DNA of 63,648 nucleotides, the filler included, from Octopus bimaculoides (lineage: Eukaryota), in NCBI RefSeq assembly GCF_001194135.2. It is 5 parts of 5 records of this genome, joined end to end, with 100 filler letters (N's around TTAATTAATTAA, not from the genome) between each part and the next. Parts side by side here need not be neighbours in the genome. Positions count along the whole stretch, not along the records: positions 1,932 to 13,635 come from NC_068982.1; positions 13,736 to 31,813 come from NC_068983.1; 3 more parts are not named here. The stretch is one strand, 5' to 3'. The notes under the pieces were generated by a model. It did not search any database, had not been told where the DNA came from, and saw only the letters and a list, made by a program, of their open reading frames with translations. The position numbers and the translations under genes are program-made. This document shows, piece by piece, positions 12,827 to 25,149 of this stretch. Positions within the stretch are counted from its first letter, which is position 1. The number at the start of each line of letters is the position of its first letter.

Positions 12827-13545
12827 TTATGTTTGACTTTTGTTTTGCATTTGTACAAGTTGGATCCAAGTCTCATCCAGAGACCTCAAGAGACAACTAG
12901 TTAGAGGTTCATGTAGGTGTTATGCCTAGGGTACCATATATTTGGATTTGAACTTTTGATTTGTACCAGAGAATGCTTAAGAAACCATAAGAAAATTGTG
13001 TTTGTTTTAAAATTTGAGATCACATAGACAGTATTTTACGTAGGATATGGGCAGTTCACATGAGCACTATCTTTTGAACTTCAGCCATTTTGGGGTTTCC
13101 TGGTTATCTGAGCTAGGTAGTAATCAGCCCGTTTCGCTGTCATTCCCAGGGCAATAGGTATTTCGCTGTCATTCCTATGACAATAGGTATTGTTTTAGTC
13201 ATCAGGTTCCACATTTTGCTAATTTCTATTTCAAGATCTTTATAGTTGCTCAGTTTTTGGGAGGTTTTGACAGATACGCTTATATCGATTGGGACAGTCA
13301 TATCAATGAGGAGGCATGATTTTTGTCTGAAGTTTTTCAGTATGATGTCTGGCCTATTTGCGTCTATCTTTCTGTCAGTTTCAATGCTGAAGTTTCAGAG
13401 GAGTGCGATGTGATCATTTTCAAGTACTGGGGGTGGTTTGTGTTCCCACCAGTTTTTGTCATGGGGCAAGTCCAGGTTTTTGCATATTACCCAGTGAATA
13501 TACTGTGCAGCCCTATCGTGCCTGTTGAGATACTCTGTAGGCGCA
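12827..13545 (-). mobile_element. 5'-truncated RLE-type LINE (R4/Dong-like): endonuclease and 3'UTR
   Basis: APTEYLNRHDRAAQYIHW..WWEHKP..DRKIDANRPDIILKN..LIDMTVP..KLSNYKDLEIEISKMW..IPIVIG: RH motif and PD..D..K restriction-like endonuclease; stop near 13021. Confidence 0.85.

Positions 13546-13614
<69 letters not shown>
13546..13614. repeat. (TTA)n tract at the LINE 5' junction
   Basis: Direct reading. Confidence 0.95.
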
Positions 13615-13635
13615 GTTCAGTAGTTTTATTTTTAT

Positions 13636-13735
13636 NNNNNNNNNNNNNNNNNNNNNNNNNNNNNNNNNNNNNNNNNNNNTTAATTAATTAANNNNNNNNN
13701 NNNNNNNNNNNNNNNNNNNNNNNNNNNNNNNNNNN
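13636..13735. other. Artificial contig-joining spacer
   Basis: 44 N + TTAATTAATTAA + 44 N. Confidence 0.9.
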
Positions 13736-13795
13736 CTGCACGTGGTGCCGAAATAGCTTGTGGTGTGTGCGTACGAGTAGATGTAATCGCCTTAC

Positions 13796-14050
13796 CTCGG
13801 TTTTCCTTTCCTCGACTGCGAGTCCGTCTTGCGGTATCCGATCCTCGAAGCTTGCCCAGACCCAAAGTACACCAGGAATAGCAGCTGCTTCTCCCAAACC
13901 TTCCCAAACCTAGACCGTCGCTTAACACGTCTTGTCCTGCCCGCAGCCCCGTTCGAAAAATGCACGAATGCCAATCGAGGCTCTCTCTGCCCTTTTTCCC
14001 CTTCCGGTCGACTCGCCCTTCCGGTCAGCCTCCCCAGACACTGACGTCAT
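13796..14050 (-). promoter_or_regulatory. Putative promoter and non-coding first exon
   Basis: CpG/GC-rich island with CRE TGACGTCA 14042-14049, two CCGGAAG ETS-type sites (14001-14007, 14018-14024), no ATG, and donor GAG|GTAAG at 13796/13795. Confidence 0.55.
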
Positions 14051-14699
14051 ACCACACTACCAACTTCACAATATGTCAATAGGGCCACCTAATTATTTTT
14101 TTAATCGCGGATTAACTTCTGCATATATCTCCCTCATCAGTATTCATATCACTGAATGACTGTCCTTACTAATACTGGTCAGTGGCATTTCACAAAAACA
14201 AGAATGTAATATGGAAAAATGTAAATACTATCAACTGATGTTTTTCTATAAAGGTATTTCTGGTTGATACAGCTTTTAACAGTTACAACAATGCCAAACT
14301 CCGTACATTGCATGTTTAAACGGCTGTATTGCTATCTGATAACAGCAAACATTTTTTTTCTGCTATTAATTTGTTTTCTTTCAAACAATAGAAAAAAATC
14401 AATTCTTGGAGAAGACATTTTGAAGATAAATTATAAAATAATATTAAAACGTGTTGCTTGCAACTTTCAGAAATCCCAATTCAATTGTGATATTCTCGAT
14501 AGGAGTCGTTCATTTAAACATTCCTGTCAGAATCAATCTTTTCTTAACAATATCTTTCTTCGAATTTTCCTGCCAATACTATTCATTTGATTGTCTATTG
14601 AGAATATGTCAAAAAAATTTTAGTACAGACATATTGCTTTATCTTACAATCAAGTTATGATTTAAATGTATTTTAGGACTAATTACAAGACATTTTAAA

Positions 14700-15340
14700 C
14701 AACACTTTGCTGGTATTTATCCAGTGATTTTTTCTTTAAGGGTATGTAAAAGATAATCTGTTTTAACAGCATACTTCTCAGTTAGTAAATATCTTTTTAC
14801 CTAACACATGAATGGACTCACTGGGAGTGTATCAAATAAAAATGTGTTCATATGTGAAATTAAAGCTCAACTTTTTCAATTTTTATTTTGAAATGAAAAA
14901 GAAACAAACAGCAGATTCGCATTGAAAGAAGTTCAAATTTGGAAGGTTTGTGGGGAATGGTGTTAAAAATTTAAATTGCAAAAATTTCTTTCTTGCAAAA
15001 TTGTACAAGATACAGTTTGTAGAACACAAAATCCAAAAACATTTACAAAAGATATCCGAAAAACAAGTTATGACCGTTTACATGGTGTGCTTTGATCAAA
15101 ATCGATATTAGACTGTGTGCATGCACGAATTTCTTTAAATTTTTCTATTTGGACTTCAAAAATTATTGGAAATTAAAAACAGAAACAAAAGGCCGATCCT
15201 GACTGTCCGCATTTTAAAACATTGATTAACAAATAGAAGAGAAAGTCGAAATTTGAGAATTTCAGGGGTGGGGAACAAAAAAAATGAAACTTGAAATTCT
15301 GAAAATTGTGATGTGAATCAGTATGTATGCATGCATGCGT
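14700..15340. mobile_element. Unclassified DNA-transposon-like remnant
   Basis: Sub-terminal style phrases (aaaacaagttatgaccgttt, caaaatcgatatt); no TIR or ORF confirmed. Confidence 0.3.
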
Positions 15341-15808
15341 GCACACCATTTTTTTTCTTTGGTTTTTATTTATCCCAGATTAAATTCCGATATAATCGTA
15401 ATCTTACATATTTCGAGTCTCAGAAATGCCATTATTTTCGTTACTATCCGCGAAAGATTTTTTATCTATAATGCAAAATGGTGCATCAACATCTACTGCC
15501 CAATCTGATAGAATTCTGGCAGAACTGTGTAGCAACAGATCGCCAATAATCTTACTGTTTTAAAACAGAATTTGAAAGCACGTGTTGTCAACTGTAAATA
15601 CACGTGCCCAAGTGGAAGAGGTAGACGGATCACAAGTTCTGTGTAATTTATGTATAATTTTATATACATCAAGAAATATAAATTTAACACAGTAAATTAA
15701 TGTGTAACATGTTCATTTACGCTGCCCACACACACACGCACGATAACAAAAACTGTCGCATTTTATGTGCGAGTTACGGATGTATGTGTATGCGGCTAGG
15801 GTTCTTAC

Positions 15809-15942
15809 CTGCTTCTTTTGTATATGTAAAATCGATGCGTCAGTGAATACAAATACATCAAACAACACGCTCGCGCACACACACACGGACACCCATCAGC
15901 TTCCTCTTCGACACGTCAAAAGTAAATAAATAAAACTTTTCA
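15809..15942 (-). other. Putative non-coding exon
   Basis: Acceptor ccattcattagtttcag| and donor GCAG|GTAAGA; CpG-rich. Confidence 0.4.
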
Positions 15943-17269
15943 CTGAAACTAATGAATGGATGGCAAGTCGCGAATGGAATGTCTGAGACTCAAACGGATT
16001 GATTGCCCTGAAAGTTATTTGTAGAAGTTTTCATTTTTTAAAAATACCAATTTTATTGAAAGTTATGAAGAAACAAAGCAGGCTCGTGTGGATTTTCCGA
16101 AATTTCTCTTCTTCGGAAACATTTTTCCACAACAAATTCCGATATAATTGGATTCTACAGCGTATGAAATATGTTGTAGAAAATTTCATTAGAATATATC
16201 CATTTTTGTGAAAGTTATGAAGTGGGGAAACACTTCTGTAAGTATGTTCCGAAAGCCGTCCATCGCATAAAATATGTAAGAATGGTGAGGAAATTATAAA
16301 TCTCACAGTTCTAAGCAGAAAAATTCTACCAAAATTTGAATGAGTAAATTCACTGAGTTGTAAGAAGAAAAATTGAGAATTAGTGCTTGATAGACTTACA
16401 ATTTTCTAAAGAAATTTTCCTGACTTCGTCCAGTTGTAAACTGGTACAGAATAATCATTTTTTTCTGAATGTTATGAAGGAACAAAATAAGCAGGTGGGG
16501 TGCACACTTGCTGGTATACGAAAAATTTCATAAAAAATACCCTTTAGTTGTCTGTCTTCGAAGACTATGAAATATATGAGTATTATACTTTCTCAGTTAC
16601 AACTTTAGTTGAACTTATTTCTTAAAATAGGTTTGAAACTAGCCATAGTGAAAGAGGTGTGGATCTAAAAATTGAAGATGGGTTGTGGACAATAAATGAC
16701 AAACACACTAAGTATACTGCTTCACTATGATGTAGAAGTTCTTTTGTTTTCTTTTTTACATGTCAGTGTGTAAAGAAATAGAAAATAATCTTACTGTTTT
16801 AATAATACTTTAGAACTTCTGATTTTTAACTCTTGCAATTTGATTATTTCTTTAAATTTCTTTCATCTCAGGATATTATTTTTCCTTCTGTTTATTTGTT
16901 GCTTTTGTGTTCGTGTAAACATTTGTTGACAAAAGTTGCTAAGAACGCAGTGTAGACATTAAGAATGGCTGGCTGCAGTTGTCATCTTAGTTAATGCCTT
17001 CAGCTGAGCTAAATCATTCTGAGACGCCAAGGTATCATTTGGTTGCCCAGTATACGATAGAATATATACATGGTTCGAGTCATGTTTCTGGTTCCGTTCA
17101 CTTTTCTGCCCTACATCGTATCTGTAAATGTATACTTTGAATTTTATTTTATAAGAATTGGATGAGATATGACGGCTCGGCCGTCTCTCCCCAGTTCTTA
17201 TATTAATCATTAAAATCCAGAAATACAACAACACGAGGGATAACGGTAACAACAGAACATAGTTTATTC

Positions 17270-17600
17270 TAGGTTGGTGTATAGCTGTTTCGTTCCTGGG
17301 TGTATGGGCATGCCGCTAGAATACCAAAGGAAGCTTCGTGGTCGAGTTGTGGGAGAGCCTGAAAGAACATCTTGTCACGACAGCTGCTTGAGGGAAAAGA
17401 GATACGTGTTGTCGCCACAGCTGCTAGAGAGAAAAGAGATCGAACGCTATTGCTTTTTCTCCACCTGTTGCATTGTGCATGCGTGCTCGGGTACTTCCGC
17501 TGACGGCAAATCCCTTGCACATGCGCAATGGCACTTCCCAAGATGGCGGCCACACGCGCCACTACAATCTTATAAAAGCCTTGGCAGACGAAGTCATCCA
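17270..17600. promoter_or_regulatory. CpG-rich housekeeping-type promoter, possibly bidirectional
   Basis: ETS-like ACTTCCG 17493-17499, NRF1-like TGCACATGCGCA 17516-17527, YY1-like CAAGATGGCGGC 17539-17550, and a duplicated unit with CAGCTG plus a TCT-like pyrimidine tract at 17374-17442. Palindromic E-box ATCACGTGAT lies nearby at 17942-17951. Confidence 0.6.
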
Positions 17601-18409
17601 TCAACTCACCAATAATTCCTCCACACACACATACATCCAATTTTTTTTTATTCCTTTGTTTTTAACAACGGGCAATACGATATTGCTAACATAAAAAAAA
17701 ATCAAAATTTCAGTTCCTCCCAATTTTCTAAAAAAAATATGATTTTGAGGATATTCAATGTTTAAAAAATAAACAGAGCGACAGGAGGCAGTATTGGTAG
17801 AATATTCACCACTTAAAAGTGGATGTTGCGTTAGAATACACATACTGCAATATTTACCAAGAGACAAAACTCTCATAGCTTTTCGGTGCATAAAAGCACA
17901 TCATAACTATCGTCAGCTACTTTCGCCACTCGGACCACCAGATCACGTGATTTCGACATGATCCTCCCCACCGCCACCGAAAAAATTCTAATACATTTCT
18001 TGTAGCGAATATTCAAAAACGAAAGTTTGTGATAAACTCAAGGAGTTTACCAAACAGATTACAATTTTCGTATCATCTGCACTTCATAAACTCGCAGATA
18101 CTAGTCAACCATAGAACTGTGGGTTCCACAGCTTGTTTATATTCCCTCATTTTACAGAGGCCTATGTGCTTTCTACTTATTGAAGGTAGGTATCATCTTT
18201 TGAGTTAATAAACTCAATGCTGTGGTTCACTGTTCTCTTCAGTTTTCTATTTCTCCATCATATTCGGAAGGTTAAATGTGAGTTAGCTATGGTTATACTT
18301 CTATTTAGGTTGAAAAGGTCCAAGAAAACACATAGTTATGTAAATGAGGTAATGACAAGACAGCAACTGAAAATATCCATTTCTTAAAAAAGAAAACAAT
18401 ACACTATAG

Positions 18410-19045
18410 ATGATACCTTTGCTTATTACTATGGAAACAGGCACCAATATATTTCTAGGTTTGATTGGTGAAAATTACCTAAAATTTGCAAACTTTGAAA
18501 GTTATTAACTTTTTATTTATAAATTTATGGCAAAAATGAATTTCATTTCTATAATTAGCTTACAAAACTACATCAATATATCAAAGCTGATATCAATTGG
18601 AGTAAAATTAAAAGAATTGAAAAGTGAACCAAACAAAAAAGATCCATTTACCATTGTAGAAAAGTGTGACTAAGTTGTTCCCTCAAAAATTTACCAAAAA
18701 TAAACTGAAAATATTTTCAGATGTAAAGGGGTGTATGGGTTAAGGGTAATTTAGCCATTATTGTTAGCACATTCCAGGAACACCTGGTAACTTTGTCATT
18801 TCTTTTTCTCTCTGACATGTATCAAATAATATTTTTCTCTTCATTTAAGCAACAACAAAAAAATTTGTAATGTAAATTTTTAATACCCCCTACCATACTT
18901 TAAGTGAGTCCATGTGTATAGGAAAAAACATTTTCTAGGCAGAAAAGTATGCTATTAAAATAAATTATCTTTTACATACCTTTTTGAAATCGCTGTGGAT
19001 AAATCCTAGCAATGACCTTCTCAGATGCAATTCTCTAAAGAACTG
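18410..19045. mobile_element. Unclassified DNA-transposon-like remnant
   Basis: Typical non-autonomous internal phrases (aaactttgaaagttattaacttttt..tatatcaaagctga); termini not identified. Confidence 0.3.
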
Positions 19046-19059
19046 TAAAATATTATCCT

Positions 19060-19320
19060 TTATTTCATTGGAGTTAGAGTATTATGGTGTTGGAATATAT
19101 TTTTGGCTTTTGAAAGAATATTAATTTCTTGTACTGAAAGAGTTTTTTGGGGTAGGCTAATTATCTTTGGTTTCTGATCGAGTTTGTACCATTGGGTGCC
19201 AAGAATTCCATACACTGATTTCTGCGCAATGCAGTAATCATTTGCTGTATGCTAGTCTGCCTATGTGCATTAGAATGTATGTATATTTCAGAGTGTTATT
19301 TCATTCTTAGTATTTCTTGT
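19060..19320 (-). mobile_element. Possible Penelope-like N-terminal fragment
   Basis: KIISLPQKTLSVQEINILSKAKN resembles the PLE motif V/INLS.K.L...E..LLSKGL. Confidence 0.35.
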
Positions 19321-21177
19321 TATTTCTTTTGTATTATCTTTTATTGTACCTTTACATATTTCCTTTATTATTTTTGTTGTCTCCTTATATTTCTTTGATT
19401 TCTTTCATCTTTTCTTTGCATGTTCTATATAACACCATCCCCCCCCCCCNNNNNNNNNNNNNNNNNNNNNNNNNNNNNNNNNNNNNNNNNNNNNNNNNNN
19501 NNNNNNNNNNNNNNNNNNNNNNNNNNNNNNNNNNNNNNNNNNNNNNNNNNNNNNNNNNNNNNNNNNNNNNNNNNNNNNNNNNNNNNNNNNNNNNNNNNNN
19601 NNNNNNNNNNNNNNNNNNNNNNNNNNNNNNNNNNNNNNNNNNNNNNNNNNNNNNNNNNNNNNNNNNNNNNNNNNNNNNNNNNNNNNNNNNNNNNNNNNNN
19701 NNNNNNNNNNNNNNNNNNNNNNNNNNNNNNNNNNNNNNNNNNNNNNNNNNNNNNNNNNNNNNNNNNNNNNNNNNNNNNNNNNNNNNNNNNNNNNNNNNNN
19801 NNNNNNNNNNNNNNNNNNNNNNNNNNNNNNNNNNNNNNNNNNNNNNNNNNNNNNNNNNNNNNNNNNNNNNNNNNNNNNNNNNNNNNNNNNNNNNNNNNNN
19901 NNNNNNNNNNNNNNNNNNNNNNNNNNNNNNNNNNNNNNNNNNNNNNNNNNNNNNNNNNNNNNNNNNNNNNNNNNNNNNNNNNNNNNNNNNNNNNNNNNNN
20001 NNNNNNNNNNNNNNNNNNNNNNNNNNNNNNNNNNNNNNNNNNNNNNNNNNNNNNNNNNNNNNNNNNNNNNNNNNNNNNNNNNNNNNNNNNNNNNNNNNNN
20101 NNNNATATATATATATATATATATATACTTATGGGTGTGTGTGTATGCCTTTAGGCACATATATGTATTTACATGTGACTGAGTGTTTACATATTGTGTC
20201 TGTGGATGTGTATATACTGTGGTGTAGGTGGGCAGACTGGTTGCATAGGTTCTTTGTATTTCTGCAGAATGATTTCTACCCCTTTACCTTTACTAACTCC
20301 AGCATCAGGATTCTAGCAGTCAGAAAATTCTGTCATCATCTCTCTTAGATAAAAGTTTATGACCACAATTTTTACCTTTAACAATAGCAATTATTTTCTC
20401 TCTTCTTTTTTTCTCTTTTCTTTATTTCTCTCTTTTTCTTCCTACTCCTTAACTCTAAACCATACCCACTCTTGCATATTAAAGTAATCTTAGCCTGATG
20501 ATTAGCTACATTGAGCTTTACTTGTTGCATTACTATTACCTCAGGAGATTCAGCTAGCTAAGAAACATAAGTAGCTCACATTTTACCTGTTCCACTCCCT
20601 CACTCTGGGTATTTGATTAATGAGAGAGACAGAATGAGGAAAATACGAGAATCTTTTTTGATCACTGCAATTGTTTTAACCCATCTAGCATTGATCCCTC
20701 ACAGGTGAGATTCTGTACTTCTGCTTTAGGTGTATCCCTCGGTATAGATGTGTGATTTCATAGGTATCTCATTAAAATAAACTTCGCAATTTAAGATATG
20801 CAGCTTCATTCTTAGAGAAGATCCATAACAAATATCAGATCCAAAAAGAAGCAAATACACAATACAGCGAAAAATGTATTAGATATAACCATTAGCACAT
20901 ATGGATGTACAAGCACCTACACATACACTCAATCATACAAATGTACACACACATACACACGTAGTTTGGTGCACATATGCTCACACACAGAATTAAGTAG
21001 ATATTAATAAAGTCAGTGCTTATTACTGGTTAGTGATACAACCCTGGTTGGTGAGGAATCACAGATTCTGTTATGCAGTTCATTCAGTGCAAATTTGGGA
21101 TATGGTACCAATTGAAACTATTTTTTCAGAAGCATTGTCATGTCCAAGATCATAATTAAAGACATCTCTTTTTCACA

Positions 21178-21870
21178 AGTCAATACTATATGGCAGTGTA
21201 ACTTGGGCCGTGACTGCCGAGGACATGCGCAAGCTCGCAAGAAACGAAGCCAGTATGCTCCAATGGATGTGTAATGTCAGTGTGCATACTAGACAGAGTG
21301 TAAGTACCTTGAGAGAAAAGTTAGACCTAAGAAGCATCAGTTGTGGTGTGCAAGAGAGACGATTGCGCTGGTATGGTCATGTGGCAAGAATAGATGAGGA
21401 TAGCTGTGTGGAAAAGTGCCACAACCTAGTGGTTGAGGGAACCTGTGGAAAAGGTAGACCCAGGAAGACCTGAGATGAGGTGGTGAAGCACGACCTTCGA
21501 ACTTTAGGCCTCACCGAGGCAATGACTAGTGACTGGGACCTTTGGAAATATGCAGTACGTGCTAGTGGCATGTAAATAGCACCATTTGAGCGTGATCATT
21601 ACCAGCATCGCCTTACTGGCATTTGTGCTGGTGGCACGTTAGAAAATCATTCGAGTGAGGTCGTTGCCAGTGCCACTAGACTGGCTCCTGTGCAGGTGAC
21701 ACATAAAAAACACCATTTTGAGTGTGGCCGTTGCCAGTACCGTGTGACTGGCCCTCGTGCCGGTGTCACATAAAAGCACCCACTACACTCTCGGAGTGGT
21801 TGGCGTCAGTCAAATCGTCCAACCCCTGCTAGCATGGAAAGCAGACGTTAAACGATGATGATGATGATGT
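21178..21870 (+). mobile_element. RTE-clade LINE 3' end with (GAT)n tail
   Basis: LYGSVTWAVTAEDMRKLARNEASMLQWMC..RRLRWYGHVAR..VEGTCGKGRPRKT*DEVVKHDL, followed by a 3'UTR and gatgatgat tail. Confidence 0.9.
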
Positions 21871-22133
21871 GTATAGTTGGAATCTAGCTTCTGCTTGTTA
21901 TGTTCTTTGACTTTTCTGTTTGATGTGGTACTGTTGTAGGGTTTCATGATGTCTACAGCTAGTCTATTTGTCATCATTCTATTAAAAGCAAGCCCATTGC
22001 TCATCAGGTATCTCCATACTGTATAAATCAAAGGCAAGCCAACAAAATATCTTTTACATAGCTGCTAGACAAAAGTTGAATTGTTTATGACCTTTAAAAC
22101 AGAGAAGCACCATGTTTTCTTTTGGAAATTTTA

Positions 22134-22212
22134 GTAGAAGATACTTGCCCAAGGTGCCATGCAGTGGGATTGAACCGGGAACCATGTGGCTGGTAAGTAA
22201 GCTACTTACCAC
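22134..22212 (-). mobile_element. SINE family 1 head fragment
   Basis: Matches 30775-30855. Confidence 0.8.
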
Positions 22213-22574
22213 TAATGTTTATCAATTTAAATGGCAACTTTTGTCTATTAGAATTGCTCAGCTACCACCTAAACATACACAGTCTTGAAGCTTGAAAATA
22301 TCTTTTTTTAAAATTTTTTTGTTATTGCAAAGGTTTTCTCTATTGGAGATGTTGATCTCAGCATTCGGACAGTTTATCACAGCAAAAGATTAATTTTTTT
22401 TTAAAGATAGAATATATGACATAGAGAAACGTTGGGTATAAACATCATAAATGAACATGGATCATACTTTGATTAAACTAATCAGGTCTCTAACACTTCT
22501 GAAACAGTTTATTGTTACCTTTCAAATACATTTCATGTGAAACAACCTAATACTATCAATTGTATTAAACTATT

Positions 22575-22975
22575 GCCAGCTGTGATTGGAGGTTATGTTA
22601 ACATAATTATCATCAAATTTAAATGGAAGCTGCAGTGTTGCTTTGGTTACAACCATCTTATAGTTATATAACTATAGCTATAGCATACTCTTGAGAGAGG
22701 CTGTACTCTAACTTTGTAGTAATCAGTTATAAATGGAATCTCTATTGTTACTGTAATTATAACCAATTGAAGATAGAGGTTGTATTACTATAATTATAAC
22801 TATTTTAGGTGGAGCTGTAGTTTTATAATTACAACCAGCTCTAGATGGAGGTTGTGTTATAAATATAATCAGCTGAAGGTTTCTGATGTATTACTATAGT
22901 TATAACCAACTGTAGATAAAGTCTGTATTGCTTCAGTGGAAACAACTAGCTATAAATGGAGCCTATATTGTACTT
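22575..22975. repeat. Diverged minisatellite, about 40-bp unit
   Basis: Recurring ataaccagctgtagatggaggctgtatt..tatagtt-like units. Confidence 0.7.
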
Positions 22976-23804
22976 TCCCTTGATTGTAGGCTGTTAGATC
23001 ATCTGTGCCTCTTTATCATTCCATATATTGGTTACCAATCTTAACCTTTTTTACTGTTATTTTCAATTGTTCGTCTGTTTGTATGTCACTGCATTCAGAA
23101 AGCTTTTCCAAGATGACTGCTAAAACAATATGATTACATGCTTAAATAGAAAATATCTTACCAAATCAACTAATGTAGATAGGGCAGAATAGAATTCTTT
23201 GTTATTATTATTGTATTAACTTGCTTTGCTTGTAATTTAAGTGTAACAAGAAATGATCACTTGAAATAATTGCAAAGCTCCTTCCTATTTGCTGTTCTTT
23301 ATTTTACACAGTGTAGTAGTAATTAGCAATTTGGATGCAAGTGCTTAACATATCTTGTTGTCTCCCACATAGTTACTATGGTTGTCATTGTCATCATTGT
23401 CCTTAATACAATACAACTACTGTCACCATCTCCACTACTCAACCAGTACATCCAAGTCATGATATGAATTCTAATATCTCATATCAACTCCACGTGAATC
23501 TTAACTTTACAAATGTAATCAAACAGTTAGAGTGAACACTAGATTCCACTTATCACTAATACTCAGTAAAATTAGACTGAACTCCGCCTCTGTTACTCAA
23601 GAACACATGACTAAACTCTTCTCTACAAACATTAAGAAATAGCAAATTGCATCTTTCTTGTCACTGGCACCTCAAAACCATGGACTATACTCAACTTAGA
23701 CTCACACCCAAGAACTGTCAATATAAGCAAAGAAGTAGTCCTGATCTACTGGAACCCTATCTTTTATTAACTTCTAAATGACAGGGATGGTGATAGTTTG
23801 TCAA

Positions 23805-24040
23805 TGTTTAGCCCCCAGTCAGCTCTGATTGAACAGACTTAACATCAATAAATGTGTCAGCCATGACCATCCTGCTATTTTTTTTTTTTTTTTTTTGCAA
23901 GCATAATGTATCTGAAACTACATTATAAAAGATGTCTTTCCTTTTTTTAAAAAGAAGATAGAATATGATTTGAAGAAAATTTTGTTAATATTTCTAGCAG
24001 AGCATGCAACTATACAGACACACCTTTGTTGGCTCTGTAT
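23805..24040 (+). mobile_element. Dispersed repeat (SINE-tail-like), also at 42735-42965 and 43045-43235
   Basis: ctgattga.cagac..ccagccatgacc..gatttg..gctatt(t)tctagcag shared. Confidence 0.55.
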
Positions 24041-25149
24041 CTGGTCATGGTTTTCAAATACTTCTCAATACACTCTTTCTGAAGTCAGGACACAGCTGCT
24101 GTTTTTGGATGTAATTTTAGGACAGTGGTCTTAAACTACCAAAAAGTGGTGAATAGCTAGTAATAATTTTTCAAATGTCTAAAAATAAACTCATTCCATG
24201 ACTGTGTTAAGAAGTTTGTTTCACATCTATATGGTTCAATTTCACTACACAACATCTTGAGAAAATTTCTTCGACCATAATTTCAGGTTCACTAGATTGT
24301 GATTACAATTTGGGAGACAAAAATTATAGAAGCCCATTGTGAGTATATGTATATGTTTAACTTCTGTAATATACATTGATGAGAAACCAAAATCAAGTGA
24401 CACATGTTTGCCTGTCTTGCCGTTAGAAATGCAGGGAACCAATGATTTACCTGCTGGAAACTTATAACCAACAATGCTATTGTTCACAAATTGTGCTGAT
24501 ATAAATAAATAAATAAATATTCTGATCATTATTTTTAGAATTCATACATGTAGCAAATAGGAAGGTGTATACATCTCTTGAATTTGCTCAGTTGTCTAAT
24601 AGGTATTGATTAAACTACTCACCTGTTATGACAGATGTGTCCAACTATCATGGGATAGCTACATTATTGTATGTTAATAGTCAGATTACCAGATAGGGAT
24701 AATGTAAAATATTATTAGTATGACCCACAAATTGTCATCTTCATGGACATTTGCAACACAGGAACGTTGTTAGTTAAGAAGGAAATTGATAGAAATAGGA
24801 ATTAGCAGTAGCTGATAAGTTGTAATAATAACTTTTAGTGGAACCTTTAAGCTAGGGAATAATGGAAAAAAATAGTGAAAGGGGTGGGAGAATATACCCA
24901 TATAAAGGATGCTAGGAATTCACAGAGATGGAATTTAATTTTTATTTTAGTAATTGAAAGAGTATGAGTGATAAACCTCCTATAGAGACATCAGTATATA
25001 GATGGTAACTTTCTGACCTTTGTATGGGAGCAAATGAACTTAGGCTTGACACAGTATTGCGCTGGTGACAGATTATAAGCTGACAGTTACCACTATTCTG
25101 CTCATACAACCAACCACAACTCACTAAAGAAATAAGAGAGATGAGTGTT

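Noticed and set aside
21565-21790. CRISPR-like repeat/spacer array
   Set aside because: Eukaryotic LINE 3'UTR subrepeats, with no cas genes or constant repeat/spacer geometry.
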